Source of the DNA: the human T2T-CHM13v2.0 reference genome, Homo sapiens
Strand: one strand, 5' to 3'
NCBI RefSeq assembly: GCF_009914755.1
Contig: NC_060937.1
Length of the DNA stretch: 64,000 nucleotides
A model generated the notes under the pieces. That model made no database searches. It worked only from the letters and a program-made list of their open reading frames with translations, and was not told where the DNA came from. Below are positions 16,451 to 30,532 of the stretch, piece after piece (position 1 is the stretch's first letter; every line of letters starts with the position of its first letter). A program made the position numbers and the translations under genes.

Positions 16451-17749
16451 AATCATTAGAAAAACTAATTTTGGAGAATTTGCATAGGCATGCCATTTGG
16501 CAATAATACAATATCATGGTCACAGCATTTACCAATTAAGACAAAAACAATGTCCAATCCTGTCAGCCAATTTCCTGAGATTACACTTTATTCAAAATGA
16601 AGAAAATAGAGAAAAAAGTCTAAAATTATAATACAATATTTTTGTTTTATTTTTACCCATAAATAATCATCATTTTGATTATTTACTACATACAGTTGGT
16701 GGTTTTCAGGTACAAAATCCTTTCTACCCAATCAGATTTTCTTCTTCTACCTAAAATTTTCTTCCATGGTATCACTGGGATTGAGCATTACCTCAAATGA
16801 AAGTTATTATGTGAAATAAATAAAACAGTAGGCTAGGATACACAATAATATTAGCATTGGAATTAGTTTAACAGATTATTTGTAAATGTTTTCTAAGGCA
16901 GACAAATCATGGTGGTGGAGAGGTAAAGACTTTTCTTTTCATTGGGAGGAGAGAGATTGTAGAGGGAGAGGCATTGGTATTTGTACTCAATAACCATGCT
17001 GGGAGAGGATGGTTGACTATGTTCCAAAATGAAGAATTAGCCATGTGGTTTATAGAAAAGCACCAACGATGCAGATTATATCCTTCATCTCACGTATGTA
17101 AAACCTCCAGCTCACCTTGCTAATTATAATGAGATACTGATAAGACGTACAGAGGTTTTCAATTACACCAACAAACTAGGGCCATATATTATGTTGACAG
17201 AACAATGGATTAGGTACTTTTAGCCATGTAAATCTTTAAAACAAATGGAGTAAAACATCAGACTTTAAAACATTAAAATAAGATTTATATAAAAGGCAGC
17301 AAATCCTATGTAAGATGTAAAAATATTGACCTAATGACCAAGGAACTCAGCCTGAGTAGTTCATGAGTAAATGTCATTGAAATGCACTGTCCTAATAAAA
17401 AGTAAATTCGTAGAAAACTTAGATCCTGCAACCTAGATGGATATGATATGGCAGTTTTTTAAGTCTATTAAGATTATTGAATCCCTAGGATAAAGATAAA
17501 TTAATAAATTATTATTGCATTGTTAGGACAAGCTTGGAAAGACATAATAATTAATATTAGAGTGATAATTAGAACAAGAATAAAAATGTTAAAAGACCTA
17601 CTTTAAATCCAGGGTGACAGCCCCTTTAAAAATTTATTTTCACATAAATGCAGAAACCAGTATTAAATTAGAACGCTATTATATTTCTGTTGAAAGTACA
17701 ATTGATTAAAGTTCCAAAATGTTGATTGTTCAGTATTACTTAATATTAA

Positions 17750-18090
17750 CAAATTGTCCATTAACAAAATATTAAAAAATGAGTATTTCTCTTTGTAGCA
17801 AAAAGACACTTGGAATTTGTTACAAATAACAATGTGATTTGACAACAGTTTATTTGATTATAACTTTGTCAATAGAAAAGTCTCTATTCTTTGGATTAGT
17901 TTCTATTAACAAAAATAGAGTTATTGGTCAAAGATATAATCAATATTGAGGTTCTTGTTTTATACTGCCAAGTAGCTCTCCAAAGATATGATTGATGTAT
18001 ATTCACTGGAAATGAGTTTACTTACCACTTACATTCAACTCATTCTTGACCCTTACAAAGAGCTTGCATTATTTGTTTATTTTGCTTTCT
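17750..18090 (-). mobile_element. Old L1M fragment
   Basis: 'gagttattggtcaaagatat..tactgccaagtagctctccaaag' resembles the reverse L1M 3' region. Confidence 0.4.
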
Positions 18091-18190
18091 ACATTTTTAA
18101 CATTTTCCCTCTTCTGGCCCCTTTTTCTGTTAATATCCATCCTTGAATTATTTCATCTTAAAAAGAAGCCCTCTTTGAGAACTTCGTGGG

Positions 18191-18270
18191 TGCTATGGTT
18201 TGACAGCCCCCAAAGTTCAAGTGTTGGAATTTAATCCCCACTGCACCTGTGTAGGACCTTTAAAAGGTAA
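18191..18270 (+). mobile_element. MST/MLT1 LTR 5' fragment
   Basis: TGCTATGGTTTG..ccccaaagttcaagtgttggaatttaatcccca. Confidence 0.6.
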
Positions 18271-18511
18271 TACTTTTTAGTTGAAATGTGATCTCACTTG
18301 TGTCTATGATGTCTTTTTTCTTCTAGTTTAATAAGTGATAAGTGAGGCCTATGTTTGTCAAAACTTGGAAAAGTTGTACTTTTAAAAGTTAGTATTCTGA
18401 GCTTCGCTTGCAGATAATTAACACCAATTATCTTGTAAATTAAAATATTAAAATATTGAACTGTTTATATATAGGTAATTTGCAGACAATATTTGCTGGA
18501 AAGTTGCAGCA

Positions 18512-18808
18512 TCAACGTTCCTCAAACTGTGAGCTGCAGAAACTAATAATCCATGTTATATGCTATATTAAATAATGTTTTATAAAGGTATCTATTATCA
18601 AACAAGTTTATGAAATGCTGAGTTTAAAAAAGTATAAGCAGATTTCTTTTTCTTCAGGATTGAGCTATGCCTTTAATATGCAAACATCCAATTTACTATT
18701 TGGCCTTTTTCCCCCAAACTAATTTGAAAGTATAGCCCTTATTGCATGAAACTCATTGCAATTATTTAGTTAGTAATGACTAAGGAAACCAAGTTTTGCA
18801 AACCTTGA
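18512..18808. mobile_element. hAT-Charlie-type MITE relic
   Basis: Degenerate TIR-like ends (caacgttcctcaaact / agttttgcaaaccttg). Confidence 0.35.
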
Positions 18809-18839
18809 TCTAGAATAAAGAAGAAAATGTTTATTATAT

Positions 18840-19000
18840 TTTAATCTAGTCTATTTTTCTGGTTTTGTGATCTTTGGAAATTATGCATAACTGCTTAAAG
18901 TTTCAAGTTAGTTATCTCTAAAAGAAAGCTAATAAGGGGTAGCTTAGAAGACTGTTGTGAGGGTTAAATGTGTTAATATAATGAGAAGTGGATACAGTAC
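18840..19000 (+). mobile_element. MIR fragment
   Basis: 'gtgatctttggaaatta...gttgtgagggttaaatgtgttaatata'. Confidence 0.5.
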
Positions 19001-19864
19001 AAAATATTAGTCTCTTTTCCTCTTTCTCCCATACAGTCTATGAAATGGAAAATATTTTACAATGAAGTTAACATTCGACAAATTTCATAAAGAAATGTCC
19101 ATTTTTTCCCTTTATTTTTACCTCTTTCTAAGATGCTTCATCTGCTCCTTAAAGGAAGGATAATATGTAGTAATTTATTGGTCAGGATGAATTTTTAATA
19201 ATATAATAATCATCCCTTTTCTGGGATCATGAACAATTTAATGTTGTTTAATTTATTAAAACATCTCTTTTGTGAAAGATTTTGTATAGACACTTTGATG
19301 GACACCAAGATATGTTAAAAAATTAGGAATAAGTGAGCCACCCACAAGTGTTAGGCATAATCAAATGCATAAATTAAAATATCAATTCTATGGGAAAGAA
19401 TAATAAATAGTGTTATAGGGTCACAGAGAACATGGGGTTATGATTTCCTGCCTGCTTCAGTAAAGGATGTTGGATCAAGCAGAGGAAGGAGAGAAATGGG
19501 GAAATGCATAAATTACCACCATTCTCACATTTATGCCATGCTGGCTATTTTCCTCCTCATTATCAAGGTAATAGTTTTCAAAGCTGCTTTTTAAACTGCA
19601 TAATTTCTTATTGAAAACAATCTTTTCACTACATGTACAGGCAGTGTTGATCTAATTAAAACAAGGATGGAATTCCTATACAGCTATGCCCTCTTGCCTT
19701 CCCAGTTTAAAATACAATGGCCTAAAGAATACAGTTAACACTATAGTATTCAAGGTGCTTGCACAATCTTTCTGCAGTCTATGCATTTAAGTTTATGTCC
19801 ACACACCAGCCTTTATAGTTTTCCTTTATATAGTTCTCCTTTATAGTTTTTTTTTAAAACAGCT

Positions 19865-20193
19865 GGCTGGGCATGGTGGCTCACACCCATAATTCCAGCG
19901 CTTTGGGAGATTGCGGTGAGAAGATAGCTTGAGTTCAGAAGTTCAAGACCCATCTGGGTCTTGAACCAAAATAGGGAGACCCTGTCTCTACAAAAATAAA
20001 AGAAAAATACCCAGGCATGGTAGCATGTGCCTCTAATCCCAGCTACTCTAGAAGCTGAGGTAAGAGGATGACTTGAGCCCAGGAATTCGGAGCAGCAGTA
20101 AGGTAGGATCCTGCCAATGCGCTCCAACCTGGGTTACAAAAGGAAACTCTGTCTCAAACAACAACAGCAACAAAAATAAACCAAAAACCAAAA
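19865..20193 (+). mobile_element. AluJ
   Basis: Diverged dimer with J-type 'ggatgacttgagcccagga' and a CAA-rich tail. Confidence 0.92.
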
Positions 20194-20252
20194 AGACACC
20201 CACAGGTGTACTGAAATATAAACAACATCCAGCAAACTACAGGTTTCATGTA

Positions 20253-20460
20253 AAGAGGGTCTCCAACTTATCATGGTTCAGCTTACAATTTTTCAGCTTT
20301 ACAATGATACAAAAGGGATACTCATTTAGGAGAAACTGTACTCTGAACTTAGCATTTTGGTCATTTCCCAAGATAACTATATGCAATACCATACTCTCCT
20401 GTGATGCTGAGCAGTGGCAGCGAGCCACAACTCCCAGACAGCCATGTGGTCACAAAGGTG
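20253..20460 (-). mobile_element. MER47/Tigger5-type DNA transposon fragment
   Basis: TA followed by a degenerate CAGATGGTCCCCGACTTACGATGGTTCGACTTACGATTTTTC TIR; 'gatgctgagcagtggcagcgagccac'. Confidence 0.75.
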
Positions 20461-20534
20461 ATTGCATGTTCAGTCTTTCCACTAGCTTCTAGAAAATGTG
20501 AAATAGTTGCAATAAATGAGTTAATGCCCTTGTT

Positions 20535-21462
20535 ACTAATCTTATCATCTATGTCAATTCTGGATTAGTATCGATTGATTTTTGTCTACTCATAGATAAC
20601 ATTTTTCTTCTTTGTATGCCTTCTATTTTTTATTGGATGCAAGTAATTTTGATTTTACCTCATTGTGCACTGGATATTGATATTATTCTGTATATATAGA
20701 TATTATATATCTATATATACACATACATGCAAAGGTATATGTATATATCTTTTTCTGGTATGTGATCAAATTACTTAGAAACAGTTTGATTATTAAAAGT
20801 CTTTCTTTTAAACTTTGACAGTCAGAAGAAGAATTGGCTTTGGTATATGACTGATTTCCTCCACAACTTATACTATATGATCCTGATTATTTTACCCATC
20901 ACCCCAAGAATTATGAGGCTTCCACTCTGCCTGGAGAGATCAGACACTATTCCCAGTCCTGTGTGAGTGCCAGAGACTGTGACCTTTAAACCTTTCAGGC
21001 ATTTTTTTTCCCCAGCCTCAGACCATTTTCTCATAGTCATGTGGTGATAAGTGCTATGCTGAATACTTAAAAAGTACTCTATGGGTTTCAGAATTTCTCT
21101 AAATATGCAGCTCTATCTTCCATGGTACTCTGCCCTGAGAACTCTATCCTCCTTGGTTTTACCCAACTTTCAGCTCCATTCCTTCTATTCATAGTGTCAG
21201 AAGTGTACTGCCTGGGTTCCTCTTTGCTGCAGTGCAGCCTGGCATTATATATTACAAATTGGGGCCATCACAGGTCTCACCACATTTTTATGTTTCTGAG
21301 GCATCAGTGTTTGTTGCCTCATTTCTAGTGCTCCCAAAATTTATTTTTCTTTGCATACTTTGTTATCTATGTTTTATCTGGCTATGTCTGTTCTCTATGT
21401 TTTATCAGGCTGGAGGATAATTGCTATCTCTGTAAATCCATTTTGTCCAGAAGCCAGGTCTC
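20535..21462 (-). mobile_element. Old L1ME/HAL1-type 5' region
   Basis: T-rich reverse LINE pattern ending 'ccattttgtccagaagccaggtc'. Confidence 0.55.
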
Positions 21463-21624
21463 CCTGAAAACCTAAGATCTAATCTAAAGAAACTGTTTCC
21501 CCTGTTTTCAAGTACACCATCAAGTATACCATGTTCTTGTATATACCTGTGTCTCTTGCAGCTCCTGCTGTTTTGTATATGTCCTTCCTCCCTTTTCTAC
21601 CTGATCAATTCCAACTTCATTTCT

Positions 21625-21938
21625 TTTTTTTTTTTTTTTTTGAGACGGAGTCTCACTCTGTCGCCCAGACTGGAGTGCAGTGGCACGATCTAGCTCACTG
21701 CAACCTCCACCTCCCAGGTTCAAGCAATTCTCCTGTCTCAGCCTCATGAGTAGCTGGGACTACACGTTCGTGCCATCACGCCTGGCTATGTTTTGTTTTG
21801 GGGGTTTTTTTGGTATTTTTAGGAGAGATGGAGTTTCACCGTGTTAGCCAGGATGGTCTCAATCTCCTGACCTTGTGATCCGCCCACCTCCTCCTCCCAA
21901 AGTGCTTGGATTACACGCCTAAGCCACCGCACCTGGCC
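21625..21938 (-). mobile_element. AluS (Sc-like)
   Basis: Reverse dimer with a perfect 15-bp TSD tccaacttcatttct. Confidence 0.96.
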
Positions 21939-23879
21939 TCCAACTTCATTTCTAAACCACATTCTCTGATTAGTTCTTTTAGTGCTCTCAAGCACAGTTG
22001 TTCTTTTTGTTGTTATTGTTCTTGTTCACACAGCACTTCAATTATTACTTTATTATAGGCTCCAGAACAGTTTTATAATTATTTAGTGTTTTTTTTTAAT
22101 TCAACTAAATTGTGTCCTACCATCTTGCATATTCAGAATATGGTGCAATCTCTGGCTCATAACAGAAACCCAGTAAAATTTGTTTACTACATAATACATC
22201 CAAAGCATTGTCTCTCTCTTCTGTGATCAGGAGCATACACTGCTAGCATAATAAGTGGCAACAGAATTGAGATAGATAGATTTGATATCGTGAATAGCTT
22301 TTTTCAAAAACTCTTTTAATTTTCAATTTGTAATAAAGTATTAACTTGATAAATCCTGGTCAAATACATTTGCCTATTGTTTAGAAAAACAATAATTGCT
22401 TACTCAGATTTTAAAAAAAAAGCTTTGTCCTATTTGCATAAATTTTCAGGTTTCTGGTATAGAGAAAATTTCCATAAGTTATAGAACTCTGACTATAATA
22501 TATTCTTATGATTTGTTAAAGCTATCTTAGACTCAAATATAAATGTACTATTAATATCATGCTATATCATACTAGACAACAGAAAATATTTGATTAACAA
22601 TAAGAAGGGATTAGAGAAATATGTTGGCTGGCAGACAAAAATAAAAGTATTATAGTTTTTAAGAGTATATCTACCATGATAACAAAATAAAGAGGGAGGG
22701 GACGTTTGATAGGAAGCACTCATTAAAGACAATCAATGCACCCTGGCCCACTTTTCTACTTTGCTCAATACTGCAACACTGAGCTAATAATGTCACATTA
22801 TTCAGATTACGATTTATATTTATATATTTAATTCTAAACTATAAACTATCTATAGATTTTTTTACTATCTATCAAACATTTGTTCTGTGATTTACATCTA
22901 CTTTGCTAGTATTTTCAGATTTCAAAAGTAGAATCCATTTGGTCCTTTCCCACCCTGTCCCTATTCAAATTTAGTAGGTCTACCTTGAGATCCAAGGAAC
23001 TATTTTCAAAATCATGATGGCAATTCTGATGTAGCCATGCTGGAAATGGGTATAGGGAAACACTGGCTAGGGTTACAAGGTATTTTGTGCCATCAGATAC
23101 TTTTGTGTGTAAGTAGTATATAAGGACATACAGCAATACTGTGAGGATCTACCCTCCAAAAAAGGTAGAATGGGGTCTTGGTTTCCTTATTAAATCAAAT
23201 TTAAGCTATTTCTCATTCTGCATGCCTTCTTACCTATGTCTCTGTCACTGTATACTTTGTTCTATGTGGGGTGGATTGACATTTACAGTAATGGAGTAGT
23301 TCAGTTCCAGGACTTCTAGATGCAAGGGAGATAACATACATAGGTGAGAAAACATATCTCATGTTTAGAAAGTATATTCCTGTGAATTTTGAATTTAATT
23401 ATGGACATAAATGTAAGATTGGCAAAGGAGAATTCATGAAAAATAAAACTTACACAATGTAATCACTGATATCAAGTTGCTACAATTACTTGCTCAAATT
23501 TGACTAGACATTGTCATTATAATTCAAGGATAAACCTTAGTGAAGTGATAGGGTGGGCAGCTTTTATGCTGGCAGATGTATGGTTTTACTAGTTTTACTA
23601 TAGATTTTTTTTCCTCAAAGAAGACTTTATATCTCTCTGCTGAAATAATATTCTGACCTTGAGATGCTTCCTGTCCATGTCTGTCATCTAAAATGGTTTA
23701 GATAGCAGGGCAGATTCTGCTACCTTCATCACTCTCAAATCCTCTAATATTAGTCAAGAATGTGGCAACTTGAATTCCCACCATCCCTTCGATAGATTTT
23801 GACCACAAGATTTATTTCTGGTGAAGCAGAAATATTGTGTAAGTTTCATATAAATTCCGTGAGGATATAGTGATTGGAG

Positions 23880-24090
23880 CTCCAGCAGGTATTTTGAACA
23901 TTGCAGAAAATGATCATGGCAGGAATGGTGGAACTAAATGTTAGAATGAGAAAGGTTTCTAATAACTTTGTGAAATTTATAAAAGCTCCGGATTGCTGAT
24001 CTCTGACCATCTTATGTAACATAATATCTTGTGTGTTTTGGCCACTTCTCACTTGAGTTTACTCTTGCAGATACGATGAGTAACTGATGC
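23880..24090 (+). mobile_element. Old MLT1-like LTR 3' fragment
   Basis: 'ctctgaccatcttatgtaac..tgttttggccact..gcagat..taactgat' resembles the MLT1 3' end. Confidence 0.35.
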
Positions 24091-24148
24091 CCTAGATTAC
24101 CACACCAATTTTTTTTGGTCAGTTCTTAGGCCTTTGTAAAGACTATGA

Positions 24149-24450
<302 letters not shown>

Positions 24451-26814
24451 AAGACTATGGTAGTTTAGCATACAAACTTTGGCTATTACAATTACTGTTA
24501 CTATTAGCACTACTGAGATTGACTTGAGCTACTTTCACAAATGTAATCTAATATGTATTTTCATGTAGAAATTACTATGTACTGTATTTCCAGGCAGAGA
24601 TGTGCTGGGTAGGGATGAGTCTTTAGATAAGCAAATAAAAGAGGAAGAATATGAGCTCAGCCAAAATATTCTCAGAACACAAGGGCAGGGGGCAGGGGAG
24701 GGTAAAGTGTCATTCCCATTTGCTAAGAGAAAATAGAGGCCCCAAATGGGCAATGCAATAGTTCTAGGGCACAACATTTGTCTGATAATTCACCTGACTT
24801 CTGATATCTCATCTGTCTTCATAGACTACAAGCTAATTCTAGGCATAAGAGTTGGGATGGAGGCTTCTAACATGTTTTTTTGACAAAGAGGCTAGAGCTG
24901 GAAGTAGGTGGGTGGTGTCAAGACTTACAGAAGCTTTGTCTAGAATCTCAAGGCCTTGCACCCTGTAAACTTGCTAGCTGGTCTTACATTTATAACCGGA
25001 GTTGCTATAGATGTGGCTAAGGAAACAGCATTCAATACTGCAGCAAGTTGGACTGTGGCTTAAGATACAGATATTGCATGCCAGTGAAGAGGCAAGACCT
25101 TGGAGCCCTTGATAGTCTTTGTGCACATGTTGAGCCTGCAGTGATCAGTGGTCATATATAGATGCCCTGACCATAGTTGTGATCTATAGGACAATGTATG
25201 ACCAATGAAAAGAACTTTGTGCTCTAAAGCAAGATACTATACTCTTGGTTTTCGTTTCGTTTTGTTTTGTTTTTGTCATTACCCCTTGGCTTTAAAATTA
25301 CTTAACATCTCCAGGCATTGCTTTCTTCATCTGCAGGTTGAATGTCTTACACTAGATTATAACTAAGACCCACGTTCTCTCTAAAACAACATTTCTTATA
25401 CGGTGAATTTAGATAAGGATTTAGTTTCTGCTTCTGTGTCCACATAGGAAAACATAAGTAGTTAATTCAGTACAAACAGCCAAGACTTTATAGGCAGCTG
25501 AAATGTGATGTTCACTCCAGAAATATGTTTTGATGGGGTTGATATGACTGTTCTATATAATAAGACAGTTCAAGGCTTCAAATTAAAGCACTCAGGTTGG
25601 AAGATGCAAGTATCAGAAATCACATACATTTTGACCTTATGATAGGAAGATTAAAAATTATACTAAACTAACAGATCAGGAGGCATTACTGAGCCATTTT
25701 CTGCGATGGCCATCAAAAATTAGTAGTCAGAGTTCCTGTGGTTCTTAAATACAGTTTGCATCATAATGCCCAGAGATGTAAAATGGAAATTTACCAGTCA
25801 TTATAAATGAGTAGCAACTATGCCAAAATCATTAATGACATATTTTTCTTAAGCTCTCACTAGGAACAGTCATCAACATTGATTTTATTTGTTTTCAAGT
25901 GATTTCTACCTTACTAAATTTTCATTATTAGCTAGTGAACTACTAACAATATAGGTTCAATACTATAGACAACTGGAAGCCATTTGTATCTATTGTATAT
26001 CTCAATGACAGAGATGTTAACATCCTTGACTGCTTCCCAGTGCCAGTGAAGCAACAGTCTATTGGATTCATTCAAAGGAATTTGGAGATTTTCCCTTTCC
26101 TAAGCAACCTAAAAACAACAGGTAGGTCCCATCATCTATTCCCAACCTTCTTTTGCATTTTATCCCCTAACTCAGTTAAGGCCATGGAAAATATGTTAAT
26201 ATAATAGATACTAGAAATTAGGTAAATATTCTTAAAATATAGGTCTTGCTTCCCAGTAGGCTGAAGGTAATATATGGTTGTCATGGACTGGCTATTAGTG
26301 TCAAGACTTATGGCATGAGGTTTTAGCTATTAGTTTTAGGATGTACTAAAGGATTTTATATTTCTAGGTAAAAGCTTATTTCTCTAGTGGTATTTGTTTC
26401 TCTATTTGTTTGTTTTCTTATGTATTTATTTATTTTAGTTCTGCTTCAAAAATTGCCATGATACAAGATTTTCACTCTGGTTTTCCAAAATGAGAGTAGA
26501 TTTATTTAGTCTTTCTCATTAGAACATTTTATGTTATCTATACTTAATATTATCATCAAGGTAGAACAGAATCTCTATTTTATTTTATGTTTCTGGTTTT
26601 TTAGGGGCTTTTCTTGAGATTTGGTCAGTTTACATCTTGAGAATCCAAAGCAAGATGGTGAAAAATCAAAGCAATAGACATATTTTCTTTCCCCAAGCAC
26701 TTTGCAACAAATATACATGCATATGTATGTGTGTAAATATGTTTTTTGTCTGTAATACATTATAATAATATCACAAATATGCTGGCAAAAATAGACATAT
26801 TAATAAAATTTATA

Positions 26815-26990
26815 TTTCAGAATTCTAGTTCCATCATTTAGTAGTTATTTTATTGTGAGATATTTACTCTATTTCTAAATTTCTTCTGTAAAATGGGGAT
26901 GCTGTCAGGATCTCATGGGATGGTTGGGGAGATTAAATAAAATAGGAGATATGAATATGACACATGTTCTATGTCATTTACAGTTATAAT
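26815..26990 (+). mobile_element. MIR fragment
   Basis: 'ctgtaaaatggggatg..ctcatgggatggttggggagattaaataa'. Confidence 0.65.
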
Positions 26991-27389
26991 ACATAAGTTA
27001 TATTTCAGATAAGAGGAATATGAGTTAAAAGTGTGACATTAATTAGCTTAGATTAGCCATGGAAGGATTCATGAAGGAAGCATATTCAGATTTTGATTCA
27101 AAATATGAAAGATTAGGATAGATACTGTATCAGTTAGTGTAAGTGACAAGAATGAAGAAAGGAAAATAAAAAGCAAAGGGGGCATTATAGAATCACTATA
27201 CCTTGCATTGAGAATATCCACCTAAGACATATGATATTGTTCTGGGGTCACCACTAAAAAAGAACCGTTGGGTAAGAAGCACACCCCAAACTCTGATCAC
27301 ATCTCCAGAATCACATAGCGTCTCCAGGATCAGTAGGACTCAAACAATTTACTCACAAATTACATCCCTCTAAGCATTAACATGATCCA

Positions 27390-27680
27390 AATGCGCATTT
27401 CTAACTTCCAAGATACCCTCTCTTGGAGGAAGCCTAAACAGACCTTTTCCCACCCTCTCTAGCTTAAGCCAGCTCCTTTTATAAGTGTTTATTATGTGTT
27501 TCTGTAGCAACCTGGTCTTTCCTATGTGATAGTGTTTATCATGGTATGCTAAATTTTTCGATGTACATTTTGTTTTTTCCAAAAAACTATAATCTCTTTG
27601 AAGTCAAGAATAATATTTTGTCACCATAGGGCAATACTTAGCACATGGTTGATTATATTTGTGTTAAAAAAATAAATGAC
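27390..27680 (+). mobile_element. L2 3' fragment
   Basis: 'actataatctctttgaagtcaagaa..acttagcacatggtt' resembles the L2 terminus. Confidence 0.45.
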
Positions 27681-28634
27681 ATGTCTGCTTCCTTGTCATT
27701 TAAATCGAGATTATATTACCATGTGAATGCTAAGATCCCTTTGTTTCAACATTCTAATGAGGTATCAGTCACAGAGATAATACACCTTAAAATTAATATA
27801 GACATTCTTTTGGTTTTGCTTTTCAAAAATGCTATCACAGCTGAAAATCTGTATCCTCACAACATGGCTTAATATAATGAAAAGTAGGCAAAAAGACAAT
27901 AGAAGACTTAAGAAGATGAGGACAATTGGAAACTTAAACTGCTTTTGGGCTCAGATTCTAAGAACAAATATTTTATTTCTTTAAAAGTTCTGATATTTGA
28001 AGCTAATTTCACAGATGTGGATACATGTCATCATTTTCTGTATTACCACTCTAAAACACTAAATGCCTCATAGCATCCAGAAGCAGTGTAAAAGAAATTA
28101 CACTAATTATCCTAAAGGGTAAGCACTTGCTTCTCATTTGCTGGGTTTGTTTTATCTTAAATATGTTACGTTTGGCATAAAAGTATGGATCTTAACTTGG
28201 AGGCATGTCTATGATTTATACAAAAATAAAAGTTCACATTAGCCATTAGAAAGTGTTTAATTGTAACTGTGCACAGAATAAAATCATATCTTGCCTATGT
28301 ATGTAATAAGCACAGTCTAATATTTTGGAAATACGATGTGCTCAGTCAATTTTAAAGTGTATTTTAACTCAGTGAGCAGTGCTGTCCAACAGAAATATAA
28401 TGTGGACCACAAATAATTTTAAATTTTCTAGTAGTCACATTTTAAAAAGCAAAAAGATTCAGGTAAAATTAATTTCAGTAATATGTTTTATTACTAAAAC
28501 CTATATTTCCAATACATTATCAATCTAACGTTCAATCAATAAAAATTGGGATAGTGTACATTCCTTTTATCATACTCACTGGAATCCAGTGTCTAGCTTA
28601 TTTGTACAGTACCTCTCAATTCAGACATGTCACA

Positions 28635-29048
28635 TGTATGGTTAATACTGAGTGTCAACTTTCTTGGGTTGAAGGATGCAAAGTATTGATCCTGGGGGTG
28701 TGTCTGTGAGGGTGTTGCCAAAGGAGATTAACATTTGAGTCAGTGGGCTGGGAAAGGCAGACCCGCCCTTAATCTGGCAGGCACAATCTAATCAGTTGCC
28801 AGTGAATATAAAGCAGGCAGAAAAACATGAAAAGGTGAGACTGGCCTAGCCTCCCAGCCTGCATCTTTCTCCGCTGCTGGATGCTTCCTGCCCTCAATCA
28901 TCGGACTCCAAGTTCTTCAGTTTTGAGACTTGGACTGGCTCTCCTTGTTCCTCGAGCTTGCAGACAGCCAATTGTGGGAACTTGTGATCATGTAAGTTAA
29001 TAATAAACTCCCCTTCATATATGTATATGTAAGTTAATAAAAGTCCCC

Positions 29049-29094
<46 letters not shown>

Positions 29095-29162
29095 AAGCCT
29101 ATGTATATACATACATATATAGCCTATTAGTTCTGCCCCTCTAGGGAACCCTGACTACTGCA
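28635..29162 (+). mobile_element. MLT2A (HERV-L) solo LTR
   Basis: TGTATGGTTAATACTGAGTGTCAAC...CCCTGACTACTGCA; near-TSD tcaca/ccaca. Confidence 0.92.
29052..29091. repeat. (TA)n inside MLT2A
   Basis: About 20 AT units. Confidence 0.95.
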
Positions 29163-29437
29163 CCACATTTCAAGTGTTCAATAGCTACCAGTGGTGAGTG
29201 GCTAGCCTATTGAACCATATAGTTCTAAAGCACACTACTGATATATTTATGTATTAGCAGTATCTATCTTATTCTGTAAATAGTGGAAGCATTAAAAGTG
29301 ACATCAGAAAACTACACTTTCAAAAGGGAGTGTTATCAATAACATTCAAAATTATAATTATTCTAAATGTATTTTACCTTTACAATATCATACCAATTAA
29401 ATGACTGCACACTCATTATGTCTTAATACTTATAATG

Positions 29438-29570
29438 TTTTTGTTGTTGTTTTTAGAAATGGGCTCTCACTGTGTTGCCCAGTCTGGTCTCCAACTCCTG
29501 GCCCCAAGCAATCCTTCCACCACAGCCTCCACAGTAGCTGGTATTACAGGCAGGAGCCACCGCACCACAT
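29438..29570 (-). mobile_element. FLAM/Alu monomer
   Basis: Reverse single monomer with a T-rich tail. Confidence 0.85.
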
Positions 29571-30057
29571 ACATACACAATTTATAATTAAGGTCATAAG
29601 GTAATAAAATTTATTATGTGAGCCATTTACTAAAACACCATTTTTTAACCAAACAATCAGACACGTCTAGAATTTATGAAATTCTCACTGGATGAGTTTT
29701 TAGAAAATGTGGTATCCACATCCAATGATCACATGTCACCACATTGACAGGTGTGGCTGAATTAATTCTTATCTCCTTGGAAAAGTTTTCATTTCCTTCC
29801 TCTCTTCTTTGCTCAAGGGAAAATGAACTTGCTTCAGGAGAAAACTTTCCCAGAAAAAAATAGTAGATATTTTTATTTAAGGACATTATGTCAAATGCCA
29901 ACAAATAATACAATGTGTTTCTTAAAGTATTTAGATATATTAAGAAATTAGGGACAATACTGGCTCCCTGCCAATGACAGTATTTTGCTCAAATGCCATT
30001 AAACACGTTGATATAATCTATAAACACTAAAATTATCTTTTAAGTTGTGTCATTGAG

Positions 30058-30532
30058 CTCTGCTGCTCAGTTCGGTAGCCATTAGATATATATGGGCAAT
30101 GTGATTGAGAACTGACTTTTTAAATTTAATTTAATTCATGTGAATTTAAATTTTAAAACAAATCCTACATTCAGTTCAGTTGCTGGAAAATTTTTAAATA
30201 CCTGTAGAGCACTTTCAGTATATAAATCTACTTTTTCAATTGTGAACTTTGTGAAATAGAAGTGCAGATCAAGTATTTCCAATGAAGACATGTTCAAATT
30301 GAGATGTGTTGTAAGATACAGAGCAATAAAAAAGAATTTAACCATTTATTAAGAGTTTTTGTTTTAATTGCATATTGAAATGACAATATTTTAGATATAT
30401 TGGGTTAATTAAAAAGTATTGTTAAAATTAATTTCCTTTGTTTACTTTGTGATGTGGCTTCTAGAATATTTAAAATTACATAATTTTTAATTTTATAATG
30501 GCTCACATTTTACTTCTATTGGATAGTATCTG
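30058..30532 (+). mobile_element. Charlie1-type (Charlie1b-like) hAT element
   Basis: 'ggtagccattag', 'cagatcaagtatttccaatgaa', and a MER33-like end 'cttctattggatagtatctg'. Confidence 0.75.

Larger units (their letters stand above)
28377..29222 (-). mobile_element. MER33 (hAT-Charlie), split by MLT2A
   Basis: CAGTGCTGTCCAACAGAAATATAATG... resumes as ccacatttcaagtgttcaatagc after the LTR. Confidence 0.85.
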
